The notes under the pieces were generated by a model. That model made no database searches. It was not told the DNA's origin and saw only the letters and a program-made list of their open reading frames with translations. From Perkinsus olseni (lineage: Eukaryota), in contig JABANN010000078.1 of the NCBI GenBank assembly GCA_013115125.1, forward strand, positions 1 to 64,000: DNA of 64,000 bases. The letters are read 5' to 3'. Positions 41,655 to 55,850 of the stretch are shown piece after piece. The position numbers and the translations under genes were made by a program. Within the stretch, counting starts at the first letter, position 1, and every line of letters begins with the position of its first letter.

Positions 41655-44600
41655 TCACCAAATCCAATCCACAAAATTGGCCCTCATCCCTCTACTAGTC
41701 TCGTTCCCCGATATAATCCCTATCCCAGCAACACAACACTCGAAACGTTAGTCGAATCGAAGCACTCGAGACGTACATGCTACATGTCATCGTTTCCTGT
41801 TGCTGTGCGAAAATTCGGGCATCTAACTCACGGAAGACTTACCGACTCACGGAGGGGAGGTGAGTACGCTGTCCGGGTATGGAGGAATCGCCAGCTGCAC
41901 GCCTGCACGGCCAACTCTCGCGCTAGAGTCCCCCCTCTTAGGGCTCTTCCCAGGGCTGCCAACTGATGGTCCACGGCAAGAACAATAGATCTCATATGAA
42001 CGTGGAATGCTTACATGAGTTCACGGCGGGAGGAGGGCGGTAATGCTTGTGCGTAGACCCGGCCATAGGAGACAGCGGCTCCTCATCGGGTGCGAAGAAC
42101 TCGAGGGCGTCCCTCAGCATCCTCTTCGTCTTGTGGTCGAGGCCCGACACCTAAAACTCGACTGTGTCCTCATAAGCTGGGCTCCACTGGCTACCTTCTT
42201 CTCCGAGTCCTTCAAGTAGCCCTCCAATTGGTCAAGCTTCTTCGCCAGTGATTCGACGGATACTTGAACAGCGAGGAGGTCCTTGGACTTGGCCGAACCC
42301 TGTCAGTCAAGTGAACGAAACGCCGCGTTCGTTCGTCAGTACCTTCAGTCTCACACAGCCTCCGATGAACTCGTCTACGCTGAGCTCCCCGGAGCCGTCG
42401 TGATCCAATACCATAAAAAGCTCCTCCGCATCCGCCACGGGCAGGTCGATTAGCTTCATTTTTGATTCAACCTGCAGATCATGACGCGCGCTTCTGTTCG
42501 TTAGACGACTCGTCTAAGACGAGGGCCGGAGATTAGGCTGATTCAGCTTTTAGCATTCCCAGTGAACCGCGCTTCCTCTCAAGGATGACCTCCGGATTCC
42601 GAATGGCCTGGCGGAACTCCTCGACCGTCAAGCTGCCCGATTCATCCTGAAACACAGCCCCTGCTTTGGAGGCATGGCAGCAGCACCAGTAGGGAGCGAG
42701 GATAGAGCGGACCACTACTTGATCGGCCATCTCAAAGATATCCTTCAGATGAGCTAGAACTCTCGACCTCTCCCTCTCCTGCTGCCTTCGGATCCTGTCC
42801 TCGTTGGTCCTACGACGACCCTAGGCCTCACGAGGCTCGACGAGCGCTGGGCGGTGCCCTTCTACTAGCTCACCGAGCAGTGGCGAGCGTGTTTTCTACG
42901 ATGACTCCGATGACCAGATTCATTAGACCAAAACTGGTAAGCATGATGAATAGAACGAAGAAGATGACCATCAAGGGCTCGTTGCTGACGACATGACGCA
43001 CGATGCCATCTGCCCAGTTCTCCAAGGTAACAATCTGAGACGAGGAGGAGGAGGAGAGTTTAATAGAGTTTTAACATCTATCTCCATTAAACAATTATTG
43101 CTGTATCCACTGTATTGCTATACTAAATGGATATAAAGAAAAAACACTTTCGAATGATTATAATTGAAGCTATTGCACCGATTTGATGACTAGCGTGAGG
43201 GTCATTAAAAAATTGCCAAAATGCACGGAAATGAATATTCACTCAGCAATACATTTTTACATAGAAAAAAATAAACTGCATACCGTGCCATGGTAGCATT
43301 CCTGGTACTCTGCTACATGTCCTCTCATCTGGGGGTGTAGAAAATTGGTTGCTGAGATTTCATAACGAATTGCACGATTCCCCCGCCCTCAATAGCCGCG
43401 TGGCTGACCTGGAAAAGTGTGTACATGCTCCTCAGCACAGTACCGAAGTACTCCTTATGGTCCCATCCCCCTGAGGATATTCTGTATCTGTGCATAGCAG
43501 AGTGGAGACACTTTGGTGCTGCGGACATCTCAGACTGAGATTCTCAGTGCAGCCGCGCACTGCTTAGCAATGAGAGAAGCAATTCATGGACGTTGCGTCC
43601 AGAAAGGCGACCATGCGCATGCGTGCAGTGAATTCGGGTTGGGTTTCGTCTCCACCGCTCAGGCAGCGCGCAACGAAAGAATCGAGGATTCACTTTTCCC
43701 GCCCATGACTTACTCCCCGTAAGTGTCTGTGTCTTGCCCAATTTGTATTGTGGTGAATATGCCACAAACATAAAGAACGAGGAGCAGGAGTAGACAGACC
43801 CATCCCAGTGTCTTAAGAGAATCCACCAAACCTGATTTGAGAAATCGTCTATCAGCAAGACAACTTTGCTTCACCCATGATGATGAGCCACAGCTCCTTG
43901 AAGGACCGTAGGAGATGCACGAGTCGACCGAGGCGGAGCAAGCGTATCACCCTGCAGACGTGAAGCGCAGCTCAATGCTGACTCGAAAGGGAGGCTACCT
44001 CAGGGATGTGAGCATTCGGAAGTTGGAAGCGCTGCCAATGGGTGCCAAAAACCAAGTCTCGATTATTCCCAGAGTGACGATGATGCAGTCCAGAGTGTTC
44101 CACGGGTCCTGATGAAGCACGGCAATGCACTGTATTGAAACAACAAGCGGATAGTTCATCTTAGTTCGTAACCGTCCACACAACAATCGTTCGCGTACCC
44201 GGAAGTAATAGCGGCCGTGATGGCGCATTCTTGCAACCATCTCGAAAGTGAAGATGAGGAGAAAGACGTTCTCAACGGCGTACCATCCCAGACGGTCCTA
44301 ACATGATACACGATGAGACGCGTTGTAATGGGGGCCCTCACTTCGATATTAGCAGTGAAATCGCCGAGATCAATCTCAAGGCCAATCACGATGACGTTCA
44401 CACAGATAATGGCTGCGATGAAGATATTGAACCTTAAGAGTGTCCTTAAGGTGGATCCAGACTCTGGATTCCAGAGAGCGACAGCCACCAGCTTGCCAAC
44501 CTCGTGGAGTCGACATTTAAGTGTTCGTCTGTCGAGTATGAGGTACCATCCGTTTGCAAAACCACTTCATCATCATCTTCGTAATCATCGCCATGATTCC

Positions 44601-44810
44601 GCAATGCAGTGGTGCGCGTGGATTTGTATCTGCCATTCAAAATCCAGGCGAACACGTCTTGGTCCATTAGGGCGCTCCTCAGTGGCGAGTTCGGGGCCAC
44701 CCCCTGCTACGGCACTGTCGACCGAGCGTGGGCATGGGGCCACGAGCGTCGGTTTGACGGGATTCCCGCATCTCCAGCAACGGTTGCCTCTCCGTGTTAA
44801 CATTCATCAT
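41655..44810 (-). CDS. Single-domain voltage-gated cation channel (Ion_trans, 6TM) with C-terminal EF-hands
   Basis: S1 FNIFIAAIICVNVIVIGLE, S3 DPWNTLDCIIV, S4 RMLTSLR-VIRLLRLGRLV, pore YFGTVLRSMYTLFQ-IVTLENWADGIVR, S6 FGLMNLVIGVIVEN; EF loops DQDESGSLTVEE and DHDGSGELSVDE. Confidence 0.9.
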
Positions 44811-46831
44811 CGTCGATTTGCGGCGATAAAGGATGGCGATATGTTGGCACTGATGCGAATTCGAACAAACCGATCGTAAATCACGATTACGATTCGAAAT
44901 GAGTCCTATCAAACGCCTTCCCTCCATCAGGTAAGTATGAGGTAGAGAAGTTCCTATTGAACTTTCCACCAGCATGAGTTCCAACTCAGACTTCTCGACT
45001 CTATGGCAGAGTCATCCGTTTCACCCGCTCACTATAATCCGATCTCCCCAACACCGCAATGACGCTACGCGGCCACCATGAGGCAGTGTGATTCTGGGCG
45101 TGAGGTTGGCATCTAGTGATCGAGTGGGATGCTGAGAGTCCACTAGCAACCATTTGAGCTGCCTTCGATGATGAACTAAAGCTCTGAAACTGCGGCTCCT
45201 CTGTAAGGCTCACCCAACAGAGGACATGCGTGACCGTATGTGCCAGCGTTTCAATAGTGCATTTCCTCTCAACCTTGCGCTGTAAGTTTTAGACTGGCTC
45301 ATCCAGAATCTGTCTCTGATGAGGCTCCCAATATCGCGGAACTTCGAGTCGCGAGGCTCCCACGACATGCACTCTCTGCCCCCTTCTTCACAAGGCGCAC
45401 AGAGTAAACCCATGCCGTACTCAGTGGCGGTTCGCAGCGCGATGATATGGTGACGACAAGAAATGAGAAGCCATCCCATGGGACCTACTTTTTCAGCAAA
45501 TCCTGAACTTCGGACGCGTCCTTCATCACAACCGCTCAATGTCAAAGGAAAAGAGGAACTGCGTCGGAGAGGCATCGCACAAAACGAAGTCCAGCATAGA
45601 GTGGTCCCTGCATAGTGCTGGGTATTGGATTCCACGTTCTGATGCGATTAATGGGGGGGATTCAGGCTTGATCACTCGAAGCGAGCAGCAGACTCCAACG
45701 AGGCTCCAATCGGCGCCTCCGAGAAGAACCCCACCATGAGCTGCTATCAACTCAACATTCCAACAGATCAGCACAAGCTGAGATGCGACCCCGTGCTTTC
45801 AGACAACCAACTGGCCTTTGGATCGCTCTAAATCCCAAGTCGCATTTGGTGGGCTCGCCAGTGGCCCGTCTGCGATGAAATTGGAAAGTTTCGGCACAGT
45901 CGACACAGTGTGGGATTCGCTAGTCGCTAGTTTCGTGTTCGTGTACAGCCCCCGCAGCCGTGGGAGGCGGATTCTGCCGGGAGGAGAGAACATTCCCCAG
46001 CTGACGATGACCTCGATGCTCTGAGAGCAACGTTCTTTGGCTTGACGAACAGAGCCTATTCAAAAGGCTGAACTAATCCCCCTCAGAAAAGTACGTCGGT
46101 GATGCTAGTCCAAATAAGCCGTACTGTCGTAGGCGTTGGACTTTAAACTCACGCACAGACGGATACTGGTCGCAGACGGCGCCTGGGACATCACTGATGT
46201 CGCGGTCGCCCTTTTGTGCGCTCCGGGGGAGCCGCGGACCAGAACACAAAGGCGATCCACAGAAACACGACGGCCGAGTCGTTCCCCTGGTGACCCTCGA
46301 AAACTTGCCTCAGAACAGGGTGACGTCACGCCAGCCGTCGAAGTTCTAAATATTTCAGTCGCCGTGCGAGTCGGGTGTTGCGAACTGCTTGCTGTGACGG
46401 GACAGCGGATAGATGGAAAGAGCGTCACAGAAATTTCACGCTCGTTGGATGGGCATCCAGAATCCCGCGGTCCCAATATCTCCATACTTCTTTCTCGATC
46501 GTGACTCATGCTCTCGAGCGTGAGTGTGGGCTTCCAACTGGAATAGACCTCTGTAGTTCTCCCCGATGGTCTATCCTATGCTCTATCGGGGGAGGGGGGT
46601 GACGAATTAGCTTGGCACGCTTGCACAAACTGGACAGAATGGGGCGCAGTAACAGCAACGATAGTGCAGCGATGTTGTGGGAGAAAGGATCGGGGATCCG
46701 AAAGAGAAGTTAGTCCACTCAGTTAGTGGGCTCCAGCACTAAGGGGAAGGTTTGGTCCTGAATTGCTTATTGCACGTGTAACTGACCAAGACATCTCCCC
46801 TCCTCAGTTGATAAGCTCAATAAAGGTTCCA

Positions 46832-47212
46832 ATGCCCCCTCTCATCGGTGTTATCCTCCTCCTCGCTTGTAGTGATATATCGGCAGCTCAGCCGTCCGAT
46901 AAGTATTGTGGTACTACCTCAACTTTATTCGGCGATGCTACGATCGATGTCACAATAACAAGCCCAACCACCTTTGACATCTCGGCTACGTTCACTCCTG
47001 CGGGGGGTACTGCAAGCGGCACTGAGACGGGCGTTAGGTTCACGTACAACCCCTCAACGGGCGACATCACCGTTCAGGACACAGACAAGCTGCAGGAACT
47101 GATTGATAAAATAGGAGCGCCCATCAGTGCAGCTGACCTCGCTAACCTCAAGTATGACGGGAACAATATTATCGTTGTGAACTTGGGTAACTTCGTTCTG
47201 AGGCCATGCTGA
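46832..47212 (+). CDS. Small secreted protein (126 aa), copy 1
   Basis: Signal peptide MPPLIGVILLLACSDISAAQ; intronless; near-identical paralog at 62298-62678. Confidence 0.75.
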   Translation: MPPLIGVILLLACSDISAAQPSDKYCGTTSTLFGDATIDVTITSPTTFDISATFTPAGGTASGTETGVRFTYNPSTGDITVQDTDKLQELIDKIGAPISAADLANLKYDGNNIIVVNLGNFVLRPC

Positions 47213-47283
47213 AGAATCGGTTGCCAGGAGTCTCCTATAGTGATTTAATCTTCTTGATCAATTTTCAACGTCTCTTGCGGTCA

Positions 47284-47810
47284 TGTGAGCGGCCGTCGGT
47301 CGAATGTTTCTTCTTGGACATTGATCATGCGTCTTCAGGGTCTGAAGTTCAGACGCCTGCCCATGTATGCCTTCTCAGTAGTTTTAGCCGTACCCATCTA
47401 TCATCTGTGTCCTTTTCAACGATTGCTACCATTGCTTCGATGTCTTACCATTATTCGACGCTATTTTCATGTCATCTTCCAGTGGTCCAGTCCTCATATT
47501 TGAAGTCTGGTTATTCATCAGTGATGAAGCTTATTGATCAACTTCCAGTGTCTCTTGTAGCCAGTGTGAGCGGCCGTCGGTCGAACGTCTCTTCTTGAAA
47601 ACTAATCACGTGTCTTTAGACTACGGCCCACATATGCCTTTCCAGCAGTCTAAGCCGTAACCATCTCAACTCTATTATGTGCGATCTTTTCGACGAGTAC
47701 CACCATTGCTTTGAAGTCTCGCTCCAAGTTAGTGGTCCAGTCATTTTCTAGTGGTCCAGTCGTCATATTTCATTTCTGGTTATTAGTCAGTGATGAAGCT
47801 TCTTGACCGA
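47284..47810. repeat. Degenerate tandem duplication with a period of about 281 bp
   Basis: TGTGAGCGGCCGTCGGTCGAA at 47284 and 47565, each followed by similar sequence to CAGTGATGAAGCTT. Confidence 0.8.
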
Positions 47811-49643
47811 TTAAATGATGTCAGAATCTCAAGTTGAGTTGAGATGTGACTGAGAACGAGTCGCTCATCAGTGCGTGACGCCAGGGGAAAGTACTTAACG
47901 TCTGTTTGCTTATGTTGTTTGCGTGTTTCGCAAGGCACTATCAGAACTAACACCGCTGAGGAATCGAAGTAAATCTCCTGTTGATAATGAGACAATGTAC
48001 ACCGAATGAGTTGCCAATGCTTAGTGACATCTCTCCCTAGTACTCTCTGTGCATGTCAGAGGCAGTGAGAGAATCCTCATCACTGGACTCAACTATACCA
48101 ACTAAGCCAGTTTCATCGACTAGCTCCAAAACAGTACCTCTGTCTGATCATCACAAGTTATGCCTCAACGGCCCAGCGACAACGAGCTGAGGTACCAAAC
48201 GGAACCACTGAGAGAACTAGCGCTCTATGATGTACTCCGCAAGGACACTCCTCTCATCTCACCCGGTCACTGCCGTGTTTCCGCTGGAAATTTTCCGGTT
48301 GAAGTCAATCTTTTGCAGTTCTTCATCTGATGGTTCAACCATATACCGAGAACGTATATTCGCAGAGTGCCACGGTTGCATCACTCAGTCAGTCTTCGGT
48401 AACCGATTGTCGGGTTTGGTAATATTATCTGAGTAAACTGTGCGGGTTCCGGCTTAGTTATACTCTTGCCAATGTGCACAGTTGGAGACTCTCTGTAGCG
48501 TTGACATGCAGTGCAATCAGACGGATTGTCAAGAAGCTTTCCTCAGGGACCCTGAGTCAGGGGTACATTCAACCAGATAAGCCTCCTTTCCTCCTGGCAG
48601 GGTCCGCCTGCACCTTCGGAGGGCTGTGCTCACGACCATCACACAAGCCTCGCCCCGGTGTGCTACGACGAGCATCATGTCCAGAACTCGAAAAGTCGCC
48701 GATCAAGATTTTCTTCCTTCGGTCAGGTATCAACAATAATAGTCTGTCATTTGGTGATGGTCCCCACCAATTTTCTCTCCTTTTCAGTTAGTTCTGTTTG
48801 AAATAGAGCTTTTCGCAGTAATCAGCCATAGCTGTATATCGACTCACACATATTGTTATTTGCCCAACAGTTCCGCTCTCGTCTATGCGGCTAGGCCGCA
48901 AGCGAGACCGACCTGGTCTCTGACAGTTGCGCGTCAGATGAGCTTTACCATCCCTGACCCCCACAATGATAGCGATTAGTATCGTGAACCGTTGCACTGT
49001 AACCCAGCCTATGTACAAAACCCTTCAAAAGGATCGAGTGGCCTGAGGATAACGGCAAGAATGCCCCATTGTTTCTAGACCGCGCCGCGTAGAAATGCCG
49101 TAAACATCAACCAACACATGTGATGCCGGTATTGTAATAAGTGTAGAACATTTCCGACAGTCATAGATTTAACAGTGCTGAGTTATACAGTAAACTGTAC
49201 CAGCTCCTACGCCGCGATCCGTACTGCATCAATCGGGGCAGAACCAAGGCACAAGTAGCTAGGCGACTCCCACTAACTGATAAAGTAGCACTTGATGGGG
49301 ACCCGCCGGACTTTTCGTACAGCATTTCAATTAGTCTAAACTCGTAACAACTTAGTGACCCACACTTTAAACTACAGAATCTCCAGGGGCTACAGCTCGG
49401 GACAATTCCAGGTTGAGCATCGTCTCGTGCGTGTTCCAAGATCGATCTTGAAATCCTTCACGCGAGTGGCGAGCGCATTAACTCGCCCAAATAGGTATTT
49501 CCCCTCCTTGTGCCCTTCAATAAGGAGCCGCTCACTCCTATCGATCGGCAACCCCGTGTTGCTGATCGACCGAGTCGTCACGATCTCAATTTAGGTTCGA
49601 GTCCGTCGATATCTTCTCGCCAGTGCTGAGTTCAACCCGCCAA

Positions 49644-50486
49644 ATGTCGACTAAGGGAATCGCTATCGCAGCCTCTTTCGCTGTCGCATTCATATCGAAC
49701 ATATCCCTCGGCGATGCAGCGGGTGCTCTGGCTTATCCCGACATTCACGACGTAATGAAGAATATCTTGACTCATGTCTGCAATCGTGACGAGCTAATGC
49801 GTATTTTTGTTGTCAGAGATTTCACTCTCAGGATTTCCCACAGCTTGATGACGAGTCCATCATGCAGGACCGCCATGGGCTCGACGCCCGGTGCCTTTTT
49901 GGTGATCGCGGAGAGAACCCAGACATATGGAGTCCAGCTATGGCAATCGGAGTTTGGAACTCTATCAAGACTCGAGCGATTGTTTGTCCGAAAAATAACG
50001 ATACCGAGGCATTCTACAGCCGCTTCACTCTGTAAGTTATGTCGTCTCTTCTGCTGCGGGCAAGGTTTTCTTCCTGCCTTAGCTCGGGCGTTCTCGCTAT
50101 TTATGAGGAGAAGGGCCAGCCGATGTTGGCATTCTACGAAAGACCTCCGCATGACAGTGGCCTGGATCCACTAAGGGACCTCGAGAATCCGAAATTGCGA
50201 GAGATGGTGGCCCACCTAAAAAAATAAGACTTCCTACTACTTCTACGCGAGGCGCAAGGAAGTAATGCGAAGTTACGGGATTTTAGAAGGAATCTGTATG
50301 AAGGTCCGAGAGACAGTTGTGAAGAAGTACGGGTCATTCAAGAATATGTGCGTGGATTTCCACAGAACATATAAGAACGCCCGTGCAGCTGTTGACGCGG
50401 CAGGATGGTACTACAACGGCAATGACGATGACGACACGATAAGAATCGCTCCGGAAAAGCTTAGGCGTACACTGCGGTTATTCTGA
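49644..50486 (+). CDS. Putative secreted lineage-specific protein (spliced or degraded)
   Basis: Signal-like MSTKGIAIAASFAVAFISNISLG; C-terminal segment GICMKVRETVVKKYGSFKNMCVDF; internal frames are discontinuous. Confidence 0.4.
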
Positions 50487-51499
50487 GAGCTCCGAAATCC
50501 AGCGACGCATATCGATTATTTCCCATTTTCCCACTTTCAAAGTTTATCATCTTCATCTTAAAGGTTAAGAGGGACGAACGATCTGTGACGATCATGTTGT
50601 GATGATGTTGTTGTCGCTCGAATTCCGTTGTGTTCAGTGAGTTCACAATGAGAAAGTCCACAGTAGACCACAAACCTTCACGTAGCGTCTGTCAGCAGCA
50701 CCTCGAACCCTAAAGAGGAGGGCTCCCGGTGGACGACTCGGAGAGGGGAGAGTCCACAGCCCGAACCCCACCGCGGAGCACTGGTGAGGCCTTCAGCGCA
50801 CAAGGACAGATACAGCTCGGCGACGTTCCCGATCTCTTCACTCTCATTCCCTATCGCCCGATAACCTTACGAACTAATACGCCGATAAGCTGATACCATC
50901 TACCACAAGTATCGAGACGAGGAATACAGCATTAACTCCTCTATGAACTGGAAGGTACCGCGGGCACTGTATCGCAACCTTTTCCATCTCCTACTCGTGC
51001 TGACGAGACCGCACGCGTTACCACGCGTTGATACCTCCGGCGAAGCTTTGTTAACAACTACAAACGCCAGCGCAGCAAGCCGAGGAAAATGGCTAATCAG
51101 CAGTATAAACTTTCGATCGAAAACCGCATCGTAGACCCTTATCGGTCATCGGGTGTGTCAAACGAGTATCTAGTCTGCCGCCGCGACTACCTGACGAAAA
51201 TCCAACGCTATGCGACTCGTACGAGGGCGACAGGGCCAATGTGAGAGCATAGGTTTCCTACAAAACTGGGTACAGTTCACTCCTAAGTTCACTGAGGTAT
51301 GAATTCTCTACAAAGGGCAAAGCGCGTCACTCCAAGAACGGCCATGAGATCAAACATTCTCAGAAACTCGCAGCTTGCACTCTATGAGTTTACTCAAGTG
51401 CTGAGCAAAAGTTTTGACGCAAACCGGATTATTGCCGATACCTCACTCAAACTCGCAATCGACTGTTCGATTGTGAGTTCGCGTTCGCCGAACAAGATT

Positions 51500-53900
51500 G
51501 TGTGATTGTTATGATTCACGAAGGATGTTATACGGCACACTCGACTGAACGCCCTTCAAGAGCTCCGAGTCCCGATATCGTGAGAGTACCACTTACTCTG
51601 CCCCGACGCTAGAGACGCAACGCCTTCTGTGCATCATGTCATCGGCTCCGGGGGAGATAAGGACGGGTGACCCGTGGGTCGAAACGTCCGACGAGGCGGA
51701 GAAGGCGTCAACCGAAACGGAGCGAACTGACAGCAATCACGTAATTTAGACATGTCTGACCGGGGAGAGCTCACCCTTGTAGTTCTTCCCCTCTACATAA
51801 CTTGGTAATGGGGTTCGACGGAGCGCTCCGGAGGTACTCTGAATGGCGGCCAACGCGGCCACCGTTGAGCGAGCGGTGCTGCTATGCGAGGCTAGCTCAA
51901 GCACCCGGGATTGGATGTAAGTCCGGCGAACCACAGAGAATCGGTGGGCGAAGGTGGAAGCCTGAAGCACATCCGATAAACACCGGGTTGTGCGATATGA
52001 CAGACATCCGGAGACTAACGATGAAAAGAACCTGCCCTCTCACGTGATGCGACTCCTGACCCCGTTGTTCTGCCCACTCGGCCACTCTCCTATCATCCTT
52101 AGTATCCACACCATCATCCTCAGCCCATGCCATGATGCACTGCTCGGCCTCCGACAGTGTCGTTGATGGTGATAAAGTCACGTACCTACATCCGTGACAT
52201 CCTAACGCCGCCTCCATCAGAGCCAATGAACGGACGGTTGCCAGTTGTATCCGAGATGCGCTATCCTCGCCCACATCCTACTTTCTCCTGAGTGCGTAGA
52301 CTGCCATACGCCGACGGAACGACCAGTAGATTCTCATTCGGGTGTCAGTAAACGGCAAAACGGCCCCTATGACACCCTTCTCAACGGCCCGATAAGGCGT
52401 ATCTTGGAGCTCAGCGAACTTCAATGCAACCTACAGCACCGCAACGTTACGGTCATCGTCATCACAACAATAGTCGTGAGATCATGAACTCACCCTCTTG
52501 TAGTCGGCCATAAGTTCATCGACACGTTTGACGATCATCGACTGCAGAGAGAGCTTCTCATCAGCTGATTCGGTCTCATCTATCTGAGAGCACGAAAGAA
52601 CAATCCTACAACGTCTCCTCTACCAATCAACGATGATTTATCGCATAAAGTAAATGGAAACGACAGCGCGACGGACACTAATGTCACCATGGCTCTGTTG
52701 CTCAGCCCATCACTTCCCGACGACGACGAGCAACAAACCGATGCCAACAAGACCGTCCCCACTACTACCTGCTTCTGCCACTGTATGATTTGTTGGTCCA
52801 GTCGTTTGATGGTCTGGGTCACCTCGCGGTTATCGCGAAATTTAACTTTACAGAATCCCGCCGGCTCAATAATATTCATTCTAGAAGTGGGGTCAGCAAC
52901 TACCTGAAAAATGGGCGTACTCAGAATGGAACCCAGGACCTTTCGATGTGAGATCCTCGACGAAATAAGGCCATCAGTCCCGCAGCCAATCAACTCCCTA
53001 GTAGTACTACCACAATATTATTGGGGGCAATTTGCTTGTCGATGACAACCCAGGAACCTCCTCTGAGTTCGCCGAAGGGTGGTATATAAGTAAGCACACT
53101 GACATCGTAGGCCTCACAGGCTACCAAGGCGTCCACAATACGGGAACCCTCTTTCAAAATCTCTTTGTACCTGAAAACACAGTGAACCGAACACGCCCTT
53201 CCTACGCGCGCTTACATGTCTCGCATGCCGCCTGAGAAGCCTCTCCAGTTGGCCAGAATAAGAATAGCCTTCAAGCCCTCTTGGGCGAAGTCCCTGAACA
53301 GAGCAAGAAATCCCCGTGGAGCCCAGACTTGACGTCCAAGCAGAATAACATGGGGTATCAAGATATATCATTAAGATCAAATCAATGACGAGTCTGCTAC
53401 TGCTGCTGCTGCTCTATTAGAACGGCATACCGCTAGCTCTCAGCAGAAAGCTGCCAATACAGATTATGCCACAGGTCGCGCCACTCCACAATCCTAGCGA
53501 TAACCGATCCCAATTTTCTGCTTTCATAGCGCGCCCAGTTCCTGGCTAAGCCGCATTCGGCCACTTCTGCCGATACATCGGCCACCAGCAACGGCACCCT
53601 ATCAGTGAGTAGTTAGCAGCTCTTACCTGAGGGCCTCGTAAGTCTTCCTAGCCGAGTCAGGGAACCATACTTGTCCAGCTTCTGACGCCGAGTTAGGTGG
53701 CGATTCACACTGAGATACGACCAGTCGACGCTACCAACAGAGTAACCAGGCAGCAGTACATCAATCGGTTGGCCTTCCTCGTCTAATTGCTTAGTGGTGG
53801 TCCTGTTCTCGGACAAGACAACACCAACAGGAATACCTGACAAGGCATGATCGAACAGAACGCGAAGGCTACAGGAGGTCAAACAACGACTGCAGCCGAT
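51500..53900 (-). mobile_element. Possible highly decayed retroelement (gag/protease-like) relic
   Basis: Fragmented minus-strand frames, a degenerate zinc-knuckle-like segment (CGLARNWARY near 53530-53560) and a protease-like LIGRG near 52620. No RT or integrase motif seen. Confidence 0.25.
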
Positions 53901-54299
53901 CGCGGAAAAACACGTTGGCTAATTTATGGTTAAGACCAGGACGGTTACTGATCGTCCCCTAGTGCTAGGAACTTTCGATTCATTCGATTTCGAGTGCTCA
54001 GAACTAAGAACTTTCGTTCTTGATTAATGAAAACATCCCAGGCAAGTGCTCTCGCAGCAGTTCTTCTTCAACAAATCCGCGAATTTCCTTACAGTTAACT
54101 GCGAAGAACTGAACGCAGTTGAGACACCAACGACCATCAACAATTATACGCCAGTAACGCCAGACGAAACGATCCAAGCTGCCGAATTATCTCACTACCA
54201 CTCGGGCCAGATATAATACAACTTCACAATATACCTCCCCAATACAATGACGATTGAGAGCCATCGTGAACATCCATTCAGTGATGAAGAGCCATGCTG

Positions 54300-55850
54300 T
54301 GCGGGTACTCATAGGGTGCCTACCTCCCAATCGTCCTCGTCCAACAACAGCAGCTTTAGCGAATCCTGTTCTGAACTCGGTGAAGGTACCAACATCCAGG
54401 ATACCAGGCTCGAGGCCATGCAAAGTCGGGCGACCAGCACAGAGCCATCGAGGGTCGTGGTTGATGCCAGGCTGACATGCGAAGTCACTCGACAGATCTC
54501 CAAGGTGATGGGCTGGCCACCACCGAACGAGACACGTCTTCGCGTACAATCACTAGACTCTGGAAGGCGGTTACAAGATAGACTATTTATAGTCTACAAC
54601 TTGTCAATACCACAACTCTCCCAAATCTAATGGTGGCAGCGCTAAGTGCGTATCACCGCATACGGCCAGATACGAAAAGATATCTCTCTTTCGGACTCCC
54701 ACCGGCAATAAACTTACCACGTATTTGATTTCACGTTCGATGGGGTCCACATTCTCAATGGTCTGTCCGACGTCTGTGGAAGTGACCAACTCGAGATAGC
54801 TGAGGATGCGATCGAAGCCTTCCTCCTCGGCATTGACTCGCCAATAGACGTCGCCAGCGCCCGACAGATGCGCTCCGTCCAAGGTTTTACACGGGACTGG
54901 AAAAGAGCCACAAGTAGTTCAACGCGCCAACGCGCGTACTCAATATCATTCCAAAGATAACAGAAGAAGCGGTATGAGGCGAGCAGCAGCAGAATCAGCA
55001 GACCCGATGAGTCACCTCCTTCCGCTATCCTGAACGATGATTCGACCGAGTAAGTGCAGCCTGGGGCGTCCAATAACACGACCTGCGGAAGGTTCCGTCA
55101 TTAAAATTGGCAATGCTAGGGCTCACTCGTCTCAGTGCACCACAGAGGAGGGCATTTGACCCCCTAGCGCCGGTGCCAGCGATGAGGGACATCGTAGGTA
55201 CGCACTTTGCCGCGTCGGTGGCAGCAGCCAAAAATGGAGCTGAGAAAACACAGCCGGAATTCTTGTCAACCATTACAAGATACTGGTACATCTCGTTACC
55301 AACATGAAGCGGGTACAATAGCATACAGCATCCCGAATCAGGATATTTGGTCACGCAGCAGTAAGAATCGCGGCGTCGGTCGGGAGCCAAGATATCGGGT
55401 ATACGTTCAAGGGAGGAGGTGCGTGCCCTCTACTGCCCTCCACTCACCAGTGATGCCGCTGCTCCTGCGAGTGCGTTGAGGTCCAATGACACTTGACCCC
55501 AGTACCACGTTAATGAAGGGTATCTTGCGCTCGTGAGCTCGTTGCAAAAGTTGGCATCTGTGAAAGGTCATGCCTTCGAAGATCGAACCGCGACGACTCA
55601 GTCTGAAACCTTCCGTCGACTTACAGGTTAATCTGTCTCGTACGGCTGGTGTTTAGGGAGCGAGTCTCCACTGACATGTAGAACGAGACCGGCTCAACGG
55701 TCTTAGGCAACCTAGCGGTCACTTGAAAAAGCGCCAGACCGGAAAACGGCGATGATGTTTGGTTGGCTGCTGAGGACGGAAAAGGTGGGCTGCCGTTACC
55801 AACAGTGAGCCAACTTACATATATATGACCCTTCGGTGTACTGAACACGC
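54300..55850 (-). pseudogene. Divergent acetyl-CoA carboxylase carboxyltransferase-like fragment
   Basis: AHERKIPFINVVLGSSVIG, EEGFDRILSYL, VDPIEREIKY, DPRWLCAG and GILDVGTFTEFRTGFAKAAVVGRGRLGG appear in ACC-CT order. No other ACC domains were found in the flanks. Confidence 0.55.

Noticed and set aside
43060-43330. AT-rich intronic block as a defined transposon
   Set aside because: No TIR or TSD identified.
45001-46509. Overlapping ORFs on both strands as named genes
   Set aside because: Low-complexity translations with no recognisable motif; no exon chain could be supported.
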